NCBI GenBank assembly: GCA_030248215.1
Contig: JASANG010000245.1
Span: 124,001 to 188,000 of the forward strand
Length of the DNA stretch: 64,000 nt
Direction of reading: 5' to 3'
Source: Enoplolaimus lenunculus
Taxonomy: Eukaryota
Positions within the stretch are counted from its first letter, which is position 1, and the number at the start of each line of letters is the position of its first letter. Shown one piece after another: positions 62,431 to 64,000 of this stretch. The position numbers and the translations under genes were made by a program. Below the pieces are notes generated by a model that was not told where the DNA came from, searched no databases, and worked only from the letters and a program-made list of their open reading frames with translations.

Positions 62431-63362
62431 ATATTTGTCCAATTATTCGTTGCCCCCAATTATATAAACGTATATTTGTCAGACCTTCGTTTCAAGCAAA
62501 AACCAACCTACGGATCCTTAGAGCGATAATAAAAGGTTATACTTAGGAATGTACTTTCAAAATTTAAGTACGCTTTAAAGTTTCGAACTCAAATTATTTG
62601 GTCGTGGAGTCATTTATGTGCTACAATTAGGGTTATTACCCCCCTCTTATTTGGGTCAATACAGTAGAAATAAAATTAATATTGTTTCACAGTTTACTGT
62701 ATAGTTAGCTGATTTTTGACGCAATCGAACAAGATATTACTGGCAAATAAGAATTGTGGCAAAAAAAGGCTGTACAAGGTGGAAAAAGCTAGTGTAGTCT
62801 GCAAAACAAATATATTTCCTTAAACATTTAACTGAAATTTTATTTTGAAATTATTAACGAAAATACACTAAAAAAATTGTCTTCAAATTATAAGAGTCAT
62901 ACTTTCTTAAATTTTCAAGACACAAATGTCTGTATTTCACTCATTAAGAGCCTTAAACAGCTCACAAATTTGTTTCTTTAATGGTCAAATCATAAATTTG
63001 TTATATTCAAGACATTACTGTTGCCAATTTATAAGACATCAATTGCTTCTTTCAAGAAATAGTTGTCGTATTCAAGATTAATTTTGTGATTTTTATGTAT
63101 GTAAAATGTGCTCCGTTATTATATTCTTATAAGGGTATATAAGTAATCGAATTTCAAAGATATTTCGGTTAATCTCAGGGTCCCCCCAACTTAAGTTTAC
63201 GTATAGGAGGTATCTTAGGTTGTAAACTAGGGTATTGGGTTGAGCTTTAGCCCCCAATTTTGGAGTTGGCTTTCATGGCAACTCTTCGATTTATTTTTGA
63301 TATATTTGTCATATCTCAGAAATGTTCTTCTTAAGCGTTTATAAAACAACACCTTAAACTTA

Positions 63363-63863
63363 AGACATTTAAGCGTGAATAATTTTAGACCAATATTTCT
63401 GGAAAAATTTAAGAAATAAAACTCTTGAATTCAAGACATATACGTCTGCTGTCTGTAGTAAGACATAATAATTGTCTTAAATTTCAGACAATATTTCTTG
63501 AATACAAGACAATTTATTTTGTGTGTAGTAGACATTTAAGCGTGAAAAATTTTAGACCAATATTTCTGGAAAAATTTAAGAAATAAAACTCTTGAATTCA
63601 AGACATATACGTCTGCTGTCTGTAGTAAGACATAATAATTGTCTTAAATTTCATACAATATTTCTTGAATACAAGACAATTTATTTTGTGTGTAGTAGAC
63701 ATTTAAGCGTGAAAAATTTTAGACCAATATTTCTGGAAAAATTAAAGAAATAAAACTCTTGAATTCAAGACATATACGTCTGCTGTCTGTAGTAAGACAT
63801 AATAATTGTCTTAAATTTCAGACAATTATTCTTGAATACAAGACAATTTATTTTGTGTGTAGT
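63363..63863. repeat. Three tandem 167-bp units derived from the right end of a CAC-terminal element starting at 62866
   Basis: Unit starts at 63363, 63530 and 63697; each unit ends caagacaatttattttgtgtg-tagt, which is the inverse of cactaaaaaaattgtctt at 62866. Confidence 0.9.
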
Positions 63864-64000
63864 GAAATAGAAAACTGGCAGGAATTCTTCTGTGACGTTA
63901 CAATTCTCGAGCAGCCGTGTCAATTAGAAGTAGCATCTCCTCCAGAGATTTAGACTAACGACGAAGATTGACGCTAAAATGTTTGTCAACCGAAAGTTGA

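Overview
Eukaryotic (metazoan) genomic DNA: AT-rich, spliceosomal GT-AG introns of about 0.5-6 kb, and saturated with short non-autonomous DNA transposons (MITEs). An ascidian/tunicate-like invertebrate chordate is my inference, not a demonstrated fact. I reconstructed three protein-coding genes by hand. (1) The last 11 coding exons of a HECTD2-type HECT E3 ubiquitin ligase (+, 1087-17742; the 5' part lies upstream of the window). (2) A small two-exon gene the ORF track only partly shows (+, 26057-26101 joined to 28201-28476). It encodes a 106-aa secreted prepropeptide with a signal peptide, an RxxR site and two KR sites releasing related P-Y-[R/K]-P peptides. I do not recognise the family, and this is the most interesting item. 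(3) A SoxC (Sox4/11/12-type) HMG-box factor with two coding exons (-, 45117-43947 joined to 43354-41931, about 864 aa). The rest is mostly MITEs: about 30 GGCC-terminal, 8-bp-TSD (Merlin-like) elements filled with TTAGGC hexamers; TTAA-flanked piggyBac-like MITEs carrying a tRNA-like Pol III promoter; and CACT-terminal (CMC/EnSpm-like), TA-flanked (Tc1/pogo-like), hAT-like and Harbinger-like MITEs. Three tandem arrays derive from MITE termini, and there is a candidate structured ncRNA near 20.8-21.2 kb. No transposase ORF, CRISPR array or prokaryotic feature is present. TE superfamily assignments rest on TIR and TSD signatures only.
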